In this document: one piece after another, positions 11,701 to 20,174 of the stretch
Layout: each line of letters begins with the position of its first letter
Numbering within the stretch: position 1 is the stretch's first letter
Assembly: GCA_038916785.1 (NCBI GenBank)
Contig: JBCLBO010000010.1
Coordinates: 2,933-66,932, forward strand
Length of the DNA stretch: 64,000 bases
Reading direction: 5' to 3'
From: Candidatus Hydrogenedentales bacterium
GTDB taxonomy: Bacteria > Hydrogenedentota > Hydrogenedentia > Hydrogenedentales > GCA-2746185
Position numbers and translations under genes: made by a program
Notes under the pieces: generated by a model
What the model was told of the DNA's origin: nothing
The model's database searches: none
What the model saw: the letters and a program-made list of their open reading frames with translations, nothing else

Positions 11701-12201
11701 ATGGCCCATAGAATCATTCCGGTGAAGTACTACCTGGTCAATGCCGTCATCCTGACTTTTCTGATGGCGCTTACGGTGTTGTTTGCCAAACACCCGGCGT
11801 TTCACTTCAGCGACAACCCGAACGGGATCAACCTCGCCATCGCGCTGGTGATAGCGATCGCGAAGGCGGCGTGCATCGTGGCGATTTTCATGGGATCGTA
11901 TTGGTCGAGCAGCCTGGTGCGTTTGTTGAGTGTGGCCGGGTTCGCTTGGCTGTGCATCTTCTTCATGTTTATGGCGACGGAATACGCGAACCCGCTCGAG
12001 GAATTCGGATCTCCCTACCTCGACCTCCAGACGCCCGGCGCAAACCCCCTGGCTGGCGGGCAGGACTTTCCGGTGGTCGGAGTTGAGCACGCTCCCGCGC
12101 GCGGCGGGAACTATGTGCCGCCGCCACACCTGTTTGGTCACGCCGAAGAGGCCGCGGCCGAGGGACACGGGGCAGAGGCGGCCCCTGCCGAGCACGACTG
12201 A
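11701..12201 (+). CDS. Cytochrome c oxidase subunit IV-like small membrane protein with His/Glu/Ala-rich C-terminal extension
   Basis: The first ~100 aa carry three TM helices, as in bacterial CoxIV-family proteins. Directly follows coxC. The extra ~60-aa tail ends HLFGHAEEAAAEGHGAEAAPAEHD. Confidence 0.6.
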   Translation: MAHRIIPVKYYLVNAVILTFLMALTVLFAKHPAFHFSDNPNGINLAIALVIAIAKAACIVAIFMGSYWSSSLVRLLSVAGFAWLCIFFMFMATEYANPLEEFGSPYLDLQTPGANPLAGGQDFPVVGVEHAPARGGNYVPPPHLFGHAEEAAAEGHGAEAAPAEHD

Positions 12202-12217
12202 TCGCTGAAATCTTTTG

Positions 12218-12256
12218 CCGGGCGCGCGGGCGAGTCTCGCGCGCCCGGTTCTATTT
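12218..12256. terminator. Intrinsic-terminator-like hairpin between convergent genes
   Basis: CCGGGCGCGCG (12218-12228), 9-nt loop, CGCGCGCCCGG (12238-12248), then TTCTATTT. Sits 17 nt after the cox subunit IV stop and upstream of the convergent 12310 gene end. Confidence 0.7.
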
Positions 12257-12309
12257 AGCGATCAACACAGAGTCGCGGAGAACACCGAGAGGCATTGGCG
12301 CGGGGGCGG

Positions 12310-14232
12310 TCAGGGGCCTGCGTCGATCCGGTATAGCGTGCGGCCGGCGATGCTTAGAGCGGTGTCCAGCATGAGCGCGACTCCCTCCGGGGCGACGACA
12401 TAGCGGAACTCGTACTTCGCGCCGAGGCGGCGCCACTCGTCCGGGCTGCGCTCGATCCAGACTTGTTGCCAGGGTCTGCTGGGGGAGGGGAAGCGAAAGT
12501 CCATGCCGTAGACGTCGATGTACATTGCGTTGATCTGCGGGCCCATCGGCGGGCGGTATCCGATGTAGAAGGGCGTGGCGAGGTCCTCGAGGACGGCATG
12601 GCCGGTTTGCGCTTGCAGGAGGACCTGTCCCATCGGAGGGGCCAGGAGGGCGTCGGGTTCGCCCTGCTCGCGCAGGTACGACGTGGCGGCGCGCTCGAAA
12701 TCTCCCACCGGCAGATGCTCGCGGTGGAGGAACTCGAAGGCCGCGAACTGCGCGGCGACGGCGGCGAGCAGGGCGCCGATCACCTCGGCGCGATATTTCA
12801 TGACGCGGGGCGCGGGTGGAATCCAGCGCGCGAGCAGCGCAGTCATCGCACCGGCGGCGGTGCAGAGTGCGCCGAATTGATGGACGAGCGCCAGCAGGAA
12901 GAGCAATGCCGCCGCGACGATCGCGGCGACGCGCCGCAACCGACCTTGGGCCGCGCCCATCTCTGGAATTCGCAACGTAAACACTGCGCCGAAGAGATAG
13001 AACAGCACTGGCGCGGACGAGGACAGATAGCGCGCCGCGAACTCCGGGGGCGCGGCCGCGTGCAGGGCGGGTTGAAGCGCGAGGAGGGCCAGGGCGGTGA
13101 CTAGGCACACGGTGGGGGCTGGAGAAACGTCACGATGATCCGCGCCGGACGGCGGCGTCAGGAGCGCGGCGATCCCCGCGAGCAGGATCGGCGGCAGGTG
13201 GTTCCATAGCCGGTATGGGAGCCACGTGAGGAGCGGCTCCGGGATGCGCGGCCCGAGCAGCGTCTGCGCGAGCATGACGCTCAACACGATCAGCAGCGCG
13301 CCGCTGACGTAGGCGATCGCGATCGGCCACGCGAATTTCGCGCGGTCTTTGGCGAAGCCGAGCCCGAGCATGGTGAGGTATGCCAGCAGGACGAAGGCGG
13401 CGGTGAGCAGTGTGGCCAGGATGCCGGGCGGCCGGCGATGCATGTCGTGATTCCCGACCCAGCCGGCCCAGATGGTGTGGATGTCGCGGGCGGTCGCGGC
13501 GGGAAGCTCGGGGAGCGCGGGATGGCGCCAGGCGAAGTATCCCGCGGCGATGATCGCGGCGCTCGCGGCCAGCCCGGCGAGCAGGGCGCGATCGGCGCGC
13601 CGCCACGCGTCTTTGGGCTGTGGATGCAGGTGCCGGGCGAGCAGGAGAAATCCGGCGAAGAGGATCAGTGCTGGCGTCTGGCCGATGTGGACGGCGGGCA
13701 TGAGACCGAAGAGGAAGAAAGCGGGCGCGGGACGCCCGAGCGCGAGCGTGGCAATGGCGACGAGGGCGAAGCCGGTGCCCACATGTCCGCTGGAAAACAT
13801 TCCGGGCAGGATGAATTGCGGATACGAGGCGTCGAAGTCGAGCGTGACGCCGGCGAGCATGAGCACGGCGGCGGCGTGCCCGGCGAGCGCGCTGCGGCCG
13901 AGGGCGGCGCCGAGGAGATACGGCGGGAGCACCGTGGCCCACACGAAGAAGATGTTGCGCACGGCGTTCGCGGCGAAGGGGCCGGGAAACAGCTCCATCA
14001 TCAGCGCGGTGAGGTAGAGCTGGCCCGTGAAGAGGTGGTGGACCCAGTAGAGGAGCGGGTGCCACGCGGGGTAGCTGACCTCGCCGGTGAGGGCCTGCGC
14101 AAATTCGTAATTCTCGTCCCACCGCACGCCGCGCAGCGCGACGAGCGCGAGTCCGAAAACGAGCCAGCCCGCGAGCCCGGCGCGCAGTCCGCGGATCGGC
14201 CGCGGTAGTGGCGCAGGCGAATTTTCCGGCAC
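12310..14232 (-). CDS. Large polytopic membrane protein of unknown function with C-terminal soluble domain
   Basis: 640-aa ORF with many hydrophobic helices over ~480 aa, then a ~150-aa soluble tail. Overlapping ORFs in other frames are Arg/Pro-rich and look like artefacts. Confidence 0.6.
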   Translation of the reverse strand: MPENSPAPLPRPIRGLRAGLAGWLVFGLALVALRGVRWDENYEFAQALTGEVSYPAWHPLLYWVHHLFTGQLYLTALMMELFPGPFAANAVRNIFFVWATVLPPYLLGAALGRSALAGHAAAVLMLAGVTLDFDASYPQFILPGMFSSGHVGTGFALVAIATLALGRPAPAFFLFGLMPAVHIGQTPALILFAGFLLLARHLHPQPKDAWRRADRALLAGLAASAAIIAAGYFAWRHPALPELPAATARDIHTIWAGWVGNHDMHRRPPGILATLLTAAFVLLAYLTMLGLGFAKDRAKFAWPIAIAYVSGALLIVLSVMLAQTLLGPRIPEPLLTWLPYRLWNHLPPILLAGIAALLTPPSGADHRDVSPAPTVCLVTALALLALQPALHAAAPPEFAARYLSSSAPVLFYLFGAVFTLRIPEMGAAQGRLRRVAAIVAAALLFLLALVHQFGALCTAAGAMTALLARWIPPAPRVMKYRAEVIGALLAAVAAQFAAFEFLHREHLPVGDFERAATSYLREQGEPDALLAPPMGQVLLQAQTGHAVLEDLATPFYIGYRPPMGPQINAMYIDVYGMDFRFPSPSRPWQQVWIERSPDEWRRLGAKYEFRYVVAPEGVALMLDTALSIAGRTLYRIDAGP

Positions 14233-14381
14233 GGCGAGTCCCCCGAATTCCGATCCCCGCCGCCTACGATAACGGCGACTCCGCGCCGCTGCAAGGCCGC
14301 ATGGATGTGACCGATCGTTGTGTATACTGTCGCGCGATAGAGGGCCCGCCTGGCGCGGCCCGGCGAAGGAACGACGCGCGT

Positions 14382-15071
14382 ATGCTGAGCCGATTGATGA
14401 CCCGACGCGAGCAGTTTGTCATTGGATTTCTCGGCGTGGCGATTGTCGCGGGGGCGGGCGCGCTATTCTGGTCCAAGCGCGCCGCGTCGCACCCCGAGCC
14501 GCCTGTGGTGCAGCCGCAGCAGGCTACGGCGCCCGCTTTGGTCCCGGCGAAAAGCGAGCCAACGATTCCTCCTCCGCCCGAGATTGCGGTATCCATTCAG
14601 GGGGCCGTGGCCATGCCGGGCGTGTATCGGCTGAACGAAGGCAGCCGGATCGAGGACTTGATTTCCGCGGCCGGTGGGGTGCGCGGGGCGGACACTTCCG
14701 ACATCAATCTGGCTGCGTGGCTCATAGATGGCACGACGCTTTCCGTCCCGAAGCGCGCGGACCCGTTGGGGGAATCGGTCGAGGGTGTGACAGCGCCGGC
14801 GGCGATCAATCCGGCGGCGTACACGATCTCGGGGCACGGCGCGGCGGCCGTTGGCGCGGCGGCGTCCGCCGGGGGCACTGGGCTCATTAACATCAACCGC
14901 GCGACGCAATGGGATCTGGAAACGCTGCCGGGGATTGGCCCAAAATTGGCCCAGCAAATCATCCAACACCGGACCGGCACGCCCTTCGGCGATATTTCGG
15001 AGATGATGGAAGTGCCGGGCATCGGTCCTCAGCGCTTCGAGGCGATTCGCGAGTTGATCACGATCCAGTGA
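14382..15071 (+). CDS. comEA: ComEA-family DNA-binding protein (SLBB + tandem helix-hairpin-helix)
   Basis: Start taken at ATG 14382 (MLSRLMTRREQFVIGFLGVAIVAGAG membrane anchor). SLBB-like VSIQGAVAMPGVYRLNEGSRIEDLISAAGG. C-terminal HhH pair ININRATQWDLETLPGIGPKLAQQII and MMEVPGIGPQRFEAIREL. Confidence 0.8.
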   Translation: MLSRLMTRREQFVIGFLGVAIVAGAGALFWSKRAASHPEPPVVQPQQATAPALVPAKSEPTIPPPPEIAVSIQGAVAMPGVYRLNEGSRIEDLISAAGGVRGADTSDINLAAWLIDGTTLSVPKRADPLGESVEGVTAPAAINPAAYTISGHGAAAVGAAASAGGTGLININRATQWDLETLPGIGPKLAQQIIQHRTGTPFGDISEMMEVPGIGPQRFEAIRELITIQ

Positions 15072-15085
15072 GGGGGCAGGCCGGG

Positions 15086-15415
15086 ATGGGGGAAAATGTT
15101 GGAGGCGCGCCTGGGCCCACGCGCGACCCGCGTCAACTGGCGCCGGACGAACTTCGCGAGCAACAAGCGATCGCGGCGGCGATGCTGATCGGCGAACAGT
15201 CGCGGCGGGAAGACCGCAAACAAGTTCATTGGCTGGCCAAGCGGCTGGGAATTTTCGCGGCGGCGATGTCGATGTTTGGGCTGCTGATTCTCTTTGCGTA
15301 TTCGCGGATGCGCGAGGATTTTCAGCCGGCGATTTGGATGCTGATGATCGGCGCGGCCGGGGCTGCGGGGATTGTGGCGGCGTATTGGGCCTACGTCGAA
15401 GATCGGCGTGAATAG
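15086..15415 (+). CDS. Hypothetical small membrane protein (two TM helices)
   Basis: ATG at 15086, 15 nt after the comEA stop; helices LGIFAAAMSMFGLLILFAY and IWMLMIGAAGAAGIVAAYWAY. The upstream part of the ORF-track entry overlaps comEA. Confidence 0.5.
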   Translation: MGENVGGAPGPTRDPRQLAPDELREQQAIAAAMLIGEQSRREDRKQVHWLAKRLGIFAAAMSMFGLLILFAYSRMREDFQPAIWMLMIGAAGAAGIVAAYWAYVEDRRE

Positions 15416-15542
15416 GGCCGATGGGCAGGGAGAGGGAACAGCGTGGCCGGAAAAAGTGTTATGATCAGCGAATCAGTACGAATCGGTACGGGTCGTAGAA
15501 TTCGCATAACCGTCTGCCGGCAGGCAGCCCAGGAGAAAAACT

Positions 15543-16217
15543 ATGTGTAGGGTAGGCAATTTTGCGGCGGCGATCGTGTTTGGTTTTGCGGCTGCGGCGT
15601 GCGCGGAGGACGCGGCGTTCAAGGGCGATCCGTATAGCCTCAATGTGTGCCCGACCTCCGACGAGGAACTGGGCTCGATGGGCGAGCCGATTGTTTACTC
15701 GCACGAGGGGCGCGACATCAAGTTTTGCTGCGACGGGTGCCCTCCACGCTTCAAGGGCGATGTGGCGAAGGGACTGGCCAAGATCGACGCGCTGATGATC
15801 GCGGATCAAAAGCCGCACTACGTTCTGACGTCGGACATTGTGACGGGCGAGGCGCTGCCCGCGGACGGCCAGATCATTGACGTGGTCCACTTCAATCGCT
15901 TGGTCCGGTTGGGCTCGCAAAAGAGCGCGCAAGCATTCATGAAGGATCCGGGCACCTACATCGCCAAATTGAATGACGCGGTCATCGCGGCGCAGAAGGA
16001 CCATTATCCGATCGACAAGTGCATCGTAAGCGGGGAGAAGCTCACGGGCACCGAGGACACGCAGGGCGTGTTTGCGAACCGTTTCGTCAAGTTTTGTTGC
16101 GCGGACTGCGTGGACATCTTTGTTCAAAGCCCGGCGAAGTACCTGAGCATGCTCGAGAAGGGTGAGGCGCCTGCGGCAGGCAGCGGGCCCCACAAGCATC
16201 ACGAAGAACACGAGTAG
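15543..16217 (+). CDS. Secreted protein with three ~62-aa internal repeats carrying C...CCxxC (YHS/TRASH-like) motifs
   Basis: Signal peptide MCRVGNFAAAIVFGFAAAACA. Repeats begin PYSLNVC, HYVLTSD and HYPIDKC. KFCCDGC and KFCCADC are in repeats 1 and 3. His-rich C-terminus PHKHHEEHE. Confidence 0.65.
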   Translation: MCRVGNFAAAIVFGFAAAACAEDAAFKGDPYSLNVCPTSDEELGSMGEPIVYSHEGRDIKFCCDGCPPRFKGDVAKGLAKIDALMIADQKPHYVLTSDIVTGEALPADGQIIDVVHFNRLVRLGSQKSAQAFMKDPGTYIAKLNDAVIAAQKDHYPIDKCIVSGEKLTGTEDTQGVFANRFVKFCCADCVDIFVQSPAKYLSMLEKGEAPAAGSGPHKHHEEHE

Positions 16218-16242
16218 GCCCGATTTCTTGCCATACCTTTTT

Positions 16243-16277
16243 CGGCCCCGCATGCGCAGTGCGGGGCCGATTTTTTG
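16243..16277 (+). terminator. Rho-independent terminator
   Basis: CGGCCCCGCA (16243-16252), 7-nt loop, TGCGGGGCCG (16260-16269), followed by ATTTTTTG. Confidence 0.8.
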
Positions 16278-16341
16278 TGGGCCGCCGGCGCGGGCGTTTG
16301 TGCCTTCGTATGCGTTGGCCTCAACCACGGGATGGACGATC

Positions 16342-16869
16342 ATGGAATCCTGGGTTTCGCGCGAAACGGTATACAACGGCAAGTTGGTGCGGCTCGATCG
16401 GGGCACGGTGCGCCTGGACGACGGCAGGGAGGCCCAGCGCGAGGTGATGGTGCATCCGGGCGGAGTGGCGGTCGTGCCGGTGCTGGGCGACGCGGTGGTT
16501 TTCGTGCGGCAGTACCGCGTGGCGATCGGCCGGGATCTGCTGGAGATTCCCGCGGGAAAGTTCGAGCCGGGCGACACGCCGGAGGCGCGCGCGCGGATCG
16601 AGTTGGAGGAGGAGGCGGGATACACGCCGGGGCGGCTGGTGTCGATCGGGCGCATGTATCCGTCGCCGGGATTTCTCTCGGAGGTGTTGCATCTTTTCAT
16701 CGCGTTCGATTTGCGCGAGGTGCCCGCGCGGCCGGAGTGGGACGAGCGCATCGAAATCATCCGGATGCCGATCGCGGAGGCGCGGCGGCGGTTGCGGGCG
16801 CACGAGTTCGAGGATGGCAAGACCCGCGTGGGCCTACACGCGCTGGTGGAGCACCTGGGCCAGTGCTGA
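16342..16869 (+). CDS. NUDIX hydrolase (ADP-ribose pyrophosphatase-like)
   Basis: ATG 16342 (MESWVSRETVYNGKLVRL). Nudix box context EIPAGKFEPGDTPEARARIELEEEAGY. Confidence 0.85.
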   Translation: MESWVSRETVYNGKLVRLDRGTVRLDDGREAQREVMVHPGGVAVVPVLGDAVVFVRQYRVAIGRDLLEIPAGKFEPGDTPEARARIELEEEAGYTPGRLVSIGRMYPSPGFLSEVLHLFIAFDLREVPARPEWDERIEIIRMPIAEARRRLRAHEFEDGKTRVGLHALVEHLGQC

Positions 16870-16919
16870 GTTCCGGCGATGTGCGGGCGCGGTGCGCATT
16901 TCGGTAGAATAGGCGCGCA

Positions 16920-17927
16920 GTGGGGAAGGAGCGTGTAGTGCGGGCTTGGCGCTTCCATGAATTTGGCGAGATCGGTAACTTTCGCCTGGAGGATGTCCCC
17001 TCGCCGCAGCCAGGCCCCGGCGAGGTCCTGCTCCGTGTGCGCTATGCGTCGCTGAATCCGGCGGACCGGCTCCTGATCGAAGGGCGCTATCCGGGCGCGG
17101 GCCAGCTTCCGCTCACGGTCGGGCGCGACGGCGCGGGAATCGTGGCTGGCGCTCCGGCCGGTAGCCGATTCAAACTCGGCGATGGCGCGGTCGTACTTCG
17201 CAGCGAAATTGGGATCACTCGGCAAGGGACCCTCGCGGATTTCGTCGTGGCGCCCGAGGACTGCCTGGCGCGCGTGCCCGTGGGTTGGGCGCACCGGGAA
17301 GCGGCCTGCGCGCCGCTGGTGTATCTGACGGCGTGGAAGGCGCTCGTCACGCAAGGCGGGCTTCGCGCCGGCGAGACGGTGCTGGTCACGGGCGCGTCTG
17401 GCGGCGTGGGCATCGCCGCTATCCAGCTCGGCAAGGCGCTGGGCGCGCGCGTCATCGCGCTCAGCCGCGATCCGGGCACGCGCACGCGGTTGGCCGCGCT
17501 CGGCGCGGACGCCGTGCTGGATGACGGCGCAACCGATCTCTTCGCACAGGTCGGCCGGGAATCGGGCGGCACGGGCCCCGACCTCGTCATCGAGCATCTG
17601 GGCGGGAAACGCCTGGCCGAGCACCTGGCGATGGCGAATATGAACGGCAGGATCATGGTAATCGGATTGCTGGCCGGGCGCGCGGCGGAGTTGGATCTCG
17701 GTATGCTCCTGTTCAAGCAGGTGCGCATCGAAGGCGTGCACGTGGGCAAATTTGCTCCCGCGGAGGCGCAGGAGGCGTGGAAGAAAGTCGTCGCGGCATT
17801 GGACGGCGCCGGCGCGCGGCCGGTGATCGACAGGGTTTTTTCGATGGAGCAGGTGCAGGAGGCTTTTGCGCGGCTGGCCGGCGGCCATCTGGGCAAGGTC
17901 CTTGTGGAAGTGAATACGGCGAACTAA
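16920..17927 (+). CDS. Zinc-type alcohol dehydrogenase / quinone oxidoreductase family (MDR) protein
   Basis: 335 aa; MDR layout with NAD(P) fold VLVTGASGGVGIAAIQLGKALGARV; ends GHLGKVLVEV, typical of the family. Confidence 0.8.
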   Translation: MGKERVVRAWRFHEFGEIGNFRLEDVPSPQPGPGEVLLRVRYASLNPADRLLIEGRYPGAGQLPLTVGRDGAGIVAGAPAGSRFKLGDGAVVLRSEIGITRQGTLADFVVAPEDCLARVPVGWAHREAACAPLVYLTAWKALVTQGGLRAGETVLVTGASGGVGIAAIQLGKALGARVIALSRDPGTRTRLAALGADAVLDDGATDLFAQVGRESGGTGPDLVIEHLGGKRLAEHLAMANMNGRIMVIGLLAGRAAELDLGMLLFKQVRIEGVHVGKFAPAEAQEAWKKVVAALDGAGARPVIDRVFSMEQVQEAFARLAGGHLGKVLVEVNTAN

Positions 17928-17951
17928 GCATGAAACCAACAGGAGATTTCC

Positions 17952-19211
17952 GTGGAATCGACCGCGACCCTGAGCACGATTGATCGCGCCGAAGACTTGC
18001 TGCTGGACGGCGAAACGCAACCTGCGCTGGACATGGTGCGTACGTTGTACGGGCAGACGCTGAACAGCACGGACCGGGGCCGCGCGCTTGCGCTGGAGGT
18101 GGCGTGCCTGGGGGATATGGGCCGGGGCGAAGAGGCGGAGCGGCTGATTGCTGAGATCATGAAGGAAGAGGGCGACGACTTTGCGTTTGTGCTCGCGGCG
18201 GGGATTGAGTTCTCCGACGTGGGCGAGGCCTTGCAGGCCGAGGTTTTCCTGCGCAACCTGTGCGAGATCGACCCGGCGAGCCACGTCGCGTGGTTCAATC
18301 TCGCGATCGCGTTGGGGCGCGAAGAACGCTACCAGGAAGCGGCGCAGGCCTACGCGAAAAGCATCGCGGCGGACGCGAGCTTTGCGGAGGCCTACGTGCA
18401 GCGGGCGTACTGCCTGGAGATGCTTGAGGACCTCGACGGCGCGGTGGCGATGTACACCGCGTATCTCGAGCGCGTTCCGGACGATGCGGAGGCGTGGAAG
18501 TCGCTGGGCATTGTGGAGTCGGACCGCAAGAAATTCGAGGAGGCCTACGCGGCCTTCCGCCGCGCGCTGGACCATACCGACGAGCCCGAAGACGTGTATT
18601 TCAATTGGGCGATCACGGCTGTGCGCTCGGAGGACGTCGAAGCGCTGGAGCGGTGCATCACGAAATTGCAAGACCTCGATCCCGAGGGCTGGCGCACGCT
18701 GCTCTCTCGCGCGGACTACGAGGAGGCCGAGGAGCACGTGTGGCCGGCGTGGGAGCTGTTGTGTGAAGCCTTCGATCGTGTGTTGGACGACGAGGAAGAC
18801 GACGAAGACGAGGAGGCGCGGCCGTATGTGGCTGCGGCGCTGCTGCGATTTGCCGCGCGTCACGACATGCGCGACCACGCCGCGGAGAATGTGCTGCGCA
18901 TTTTCGAGGAGCGGATATTCGCGAGCGAAGTGCTCGAGGCGCTCGAGGAACTCGAAGGCCGGCTGTCGAACGCGGCAGCCAGTTACCAGGTGATGCTGCG
19001 CTCGCCCGATGCGGACCGCCCGCGCTATCTCGTGTACGGCGTGTCCGCTGATGTGGCGGACGAAGCGGGACGAAGCGCGGTCGAGTTCGAGGAGCGCTGC
19101 TCCGGCGTGACCTGGACGCTGTATATGATCCACCAACTCACGGAGCCCGACGAAGGGCGCATCGGCGTGTACTGGCGGTCGCAGGAGTACAAGCGTCCGC
19201 CGGGGACCTGA
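17952..19211 (+). CDS. TPR-repeat protein with uncharacterised C-terminal domain
   Basis: Repeated 34-aa TPR-like units (e.g. AWFNLAIALGREERYQEAAQAYAKSIAADASFAEAY and VQRAYCLEMLEDLDGAVAMYTAYLERVPDDAEAW), an acidic DDEEDDEDEE linker, and an unassigned ~130-aa tail. Confidence 0.7.
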   Translation: MESTATLSTIDRAEDLLLDGETQPALDMVRTLYGQTLNSTDRGRALALEVACLGDMGRGEEAERLIAEIMKEEGDDFAFVLAAGIEFSDVGEALQAEVFLRNLCEIDPASHVAWFNLAIALGREERYQEAAQAYAKSIAADASFAEAYVQRAYCLEMLEDLDGAVAMYTAYLERVPDDAEAWKSLGIVESDRKKFEEAYAAFRRALDHTDEPEDVYFNWAITAVRSEDVEALERCITKLQDLDPEGWRTLLSRADYEEAEEHVWPAWELLCEAFDRVLDDEEDDEDEEARPYVAAALLRFAARHDMRDHAAENVLRIFEERIFASEVLEALEELEGRLSNAAASYQVMLRSPDADRPRYLVYGVSADVADEAGRSAVEFEERCSGVTWTLYMIHQLTEPDEGRIGVYWRSQEYKRPPGT

Positions 19212-19220
19212 GGGCGGCGC

Positions 19221-19925
19221 ATGAGAGTCATCGTGACGGGTGCGAGCCGCGGGATCGGCAAGGGCGTCGCGACCTACCTGGCGATGGACGGATGCACGGT
19301 GGGCCTCATCGCGCGCAACGCGGAGATGCTGGGCGATGTGTGCGCCGGCATCCGCGAACGAGGCGGCACGGCGTTTGGCGCGGCCTGCGACTTGCGCGAT
19401 TTTGAGATGACGCGCGCGGCGGTCGAATCGCTGGCCGAGGACCTTGGCGGCGTGGATGCGCTGATCAACAACGCGGGCGTGGTGCTGCGCAAGAGCGTGT
19501 GGGACATCGGGATCGACGAGTGGCGGGCCATGCTGGAGACGAACGTGTCCGGGGTCTTCCACGCGACGCGCGCGGTGTTGCCGCGGTTCAAGGCGCAAGG
19601 CCGCGGCCACATCATCAACGTGTCGTCGATCTCCGGTAAAGTGCCGCTGCCCGGCGGCAGCGCGTATGCCGCGACGAAGTACGCCGTCACCGGATTCACG
19701 CAGTCGTTGTTTGGCGAGGTCCGCGATTTCGGCATCAAGGTCACCGCGATCTTTCCCGGGTCCGTGGATTCCGCTTCGCACCGGCACGATCCGGCGGCCG
19801 GCGTTTCGTGGAAGGTCACGCCGGAGGAAATCGGGCAGGCCTGCGCGCAGGTATTGCGCAGTGCGCCGGGCACCGTGATCAGTGAAGTCGAAATCCGGCC
19901 GCTGCGGCGGCCGCCGCCGGCGTGA
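19221..19925 (+). CDS. Short-chain dehydrogenase/reductase (SDR)
   Basis: TGASRGIGKG cofactor motif, NNAG, catalytic YAATK (YxxxK). Confidence 0.85.
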   Translation: MRVIVTGASRGIGKGVATYLAMDGCTVGLIARNAEMLGDVCAGIRERGGTAFGAACDLRDFEMTRAAVESLAEDLGGVDALINNAGVVLRKSVWDIGIDEWRAMLETNVSGVFHATRAVLPRFKAQGRGHIINVSSISGKVPLPGGSAYAATKYAVTGFTQSLFGEVRDFGIKVTAIFPGSVDSASHRHDPAAGVSWKVTPEEIGQACAQVLRSAPGTVISEVEIRPLRRPPPA

Positions 19926-19936
19926 GCCTTCACTCG

Positions 19937-20125
19937 CATGAAACTGTCGAACGCGCATCGGGAAATCGTCGAGCGGGAAAAAGTAATTTCGTATCTCCTG
20001 AACCTTGAGCACCGTTTTGGCGGGAGCAAGGCGAGGTTTTTGGATACGTGAACAATCACTACGGCGGATATGCGCCGGCGAATGTGGATGCGCTGATACA
20101 AAAGCTGTCGGCGGCCGGCGAGTAG
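19937..20125 (+). pseudogene. DUF6883-like small gene remnant, disrupted at two homopolymer runs and truncated at a palindromic repeat
   Basis: Three frame segments read MKLSNAHREIVERE / KVISYLLNLEHRFGGSKARF / GYVNNHYGGYAPANVDALIQKLSAAGE*. The switches fall at an A6 run (19977-19982) and a T5 run (20037-20041). N-terminal pattern MKL.NA....V...K...YLL...H..G..KA.FF recalled from the DUF6883 family. Confidence 0.45.
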
Positions 20126-20150
20126 GGCGGCCACGGGGGGCCGCCCCTAC
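20122..20150. repeat. REP-B family palindrome (GTAGGGCGG..CCGCCCCTAC)
   Basis: GTAGGGCGGCC, ACGGGG, GGCCGCCCCTAC (one extra C in the right arm). Lies between convergent gene ends. Its TAG (20123-20125) is the stop of the DUF6883-like remnant. Confidence 0.7.
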
Positions 20151-20174
20151 ATTGTGTCGCACGTGTCGCGTGGT

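Noticed and set aside
15465-20162. 1565-aa minus-strand ORF spanning 4.7 kb
   Set aside because: It runs antisense across six plus-strand genes with recognisable families (NUDIX, MDR, TPR, SDR and others). Four of these share its codon register, where antisense stops need the sense codons TTA, CTA or TCA, which are rare in a GC3-rich genome. The product is Arg/Ala/Pro/His-rich with no motifs. I treat it as a compositional artefact.
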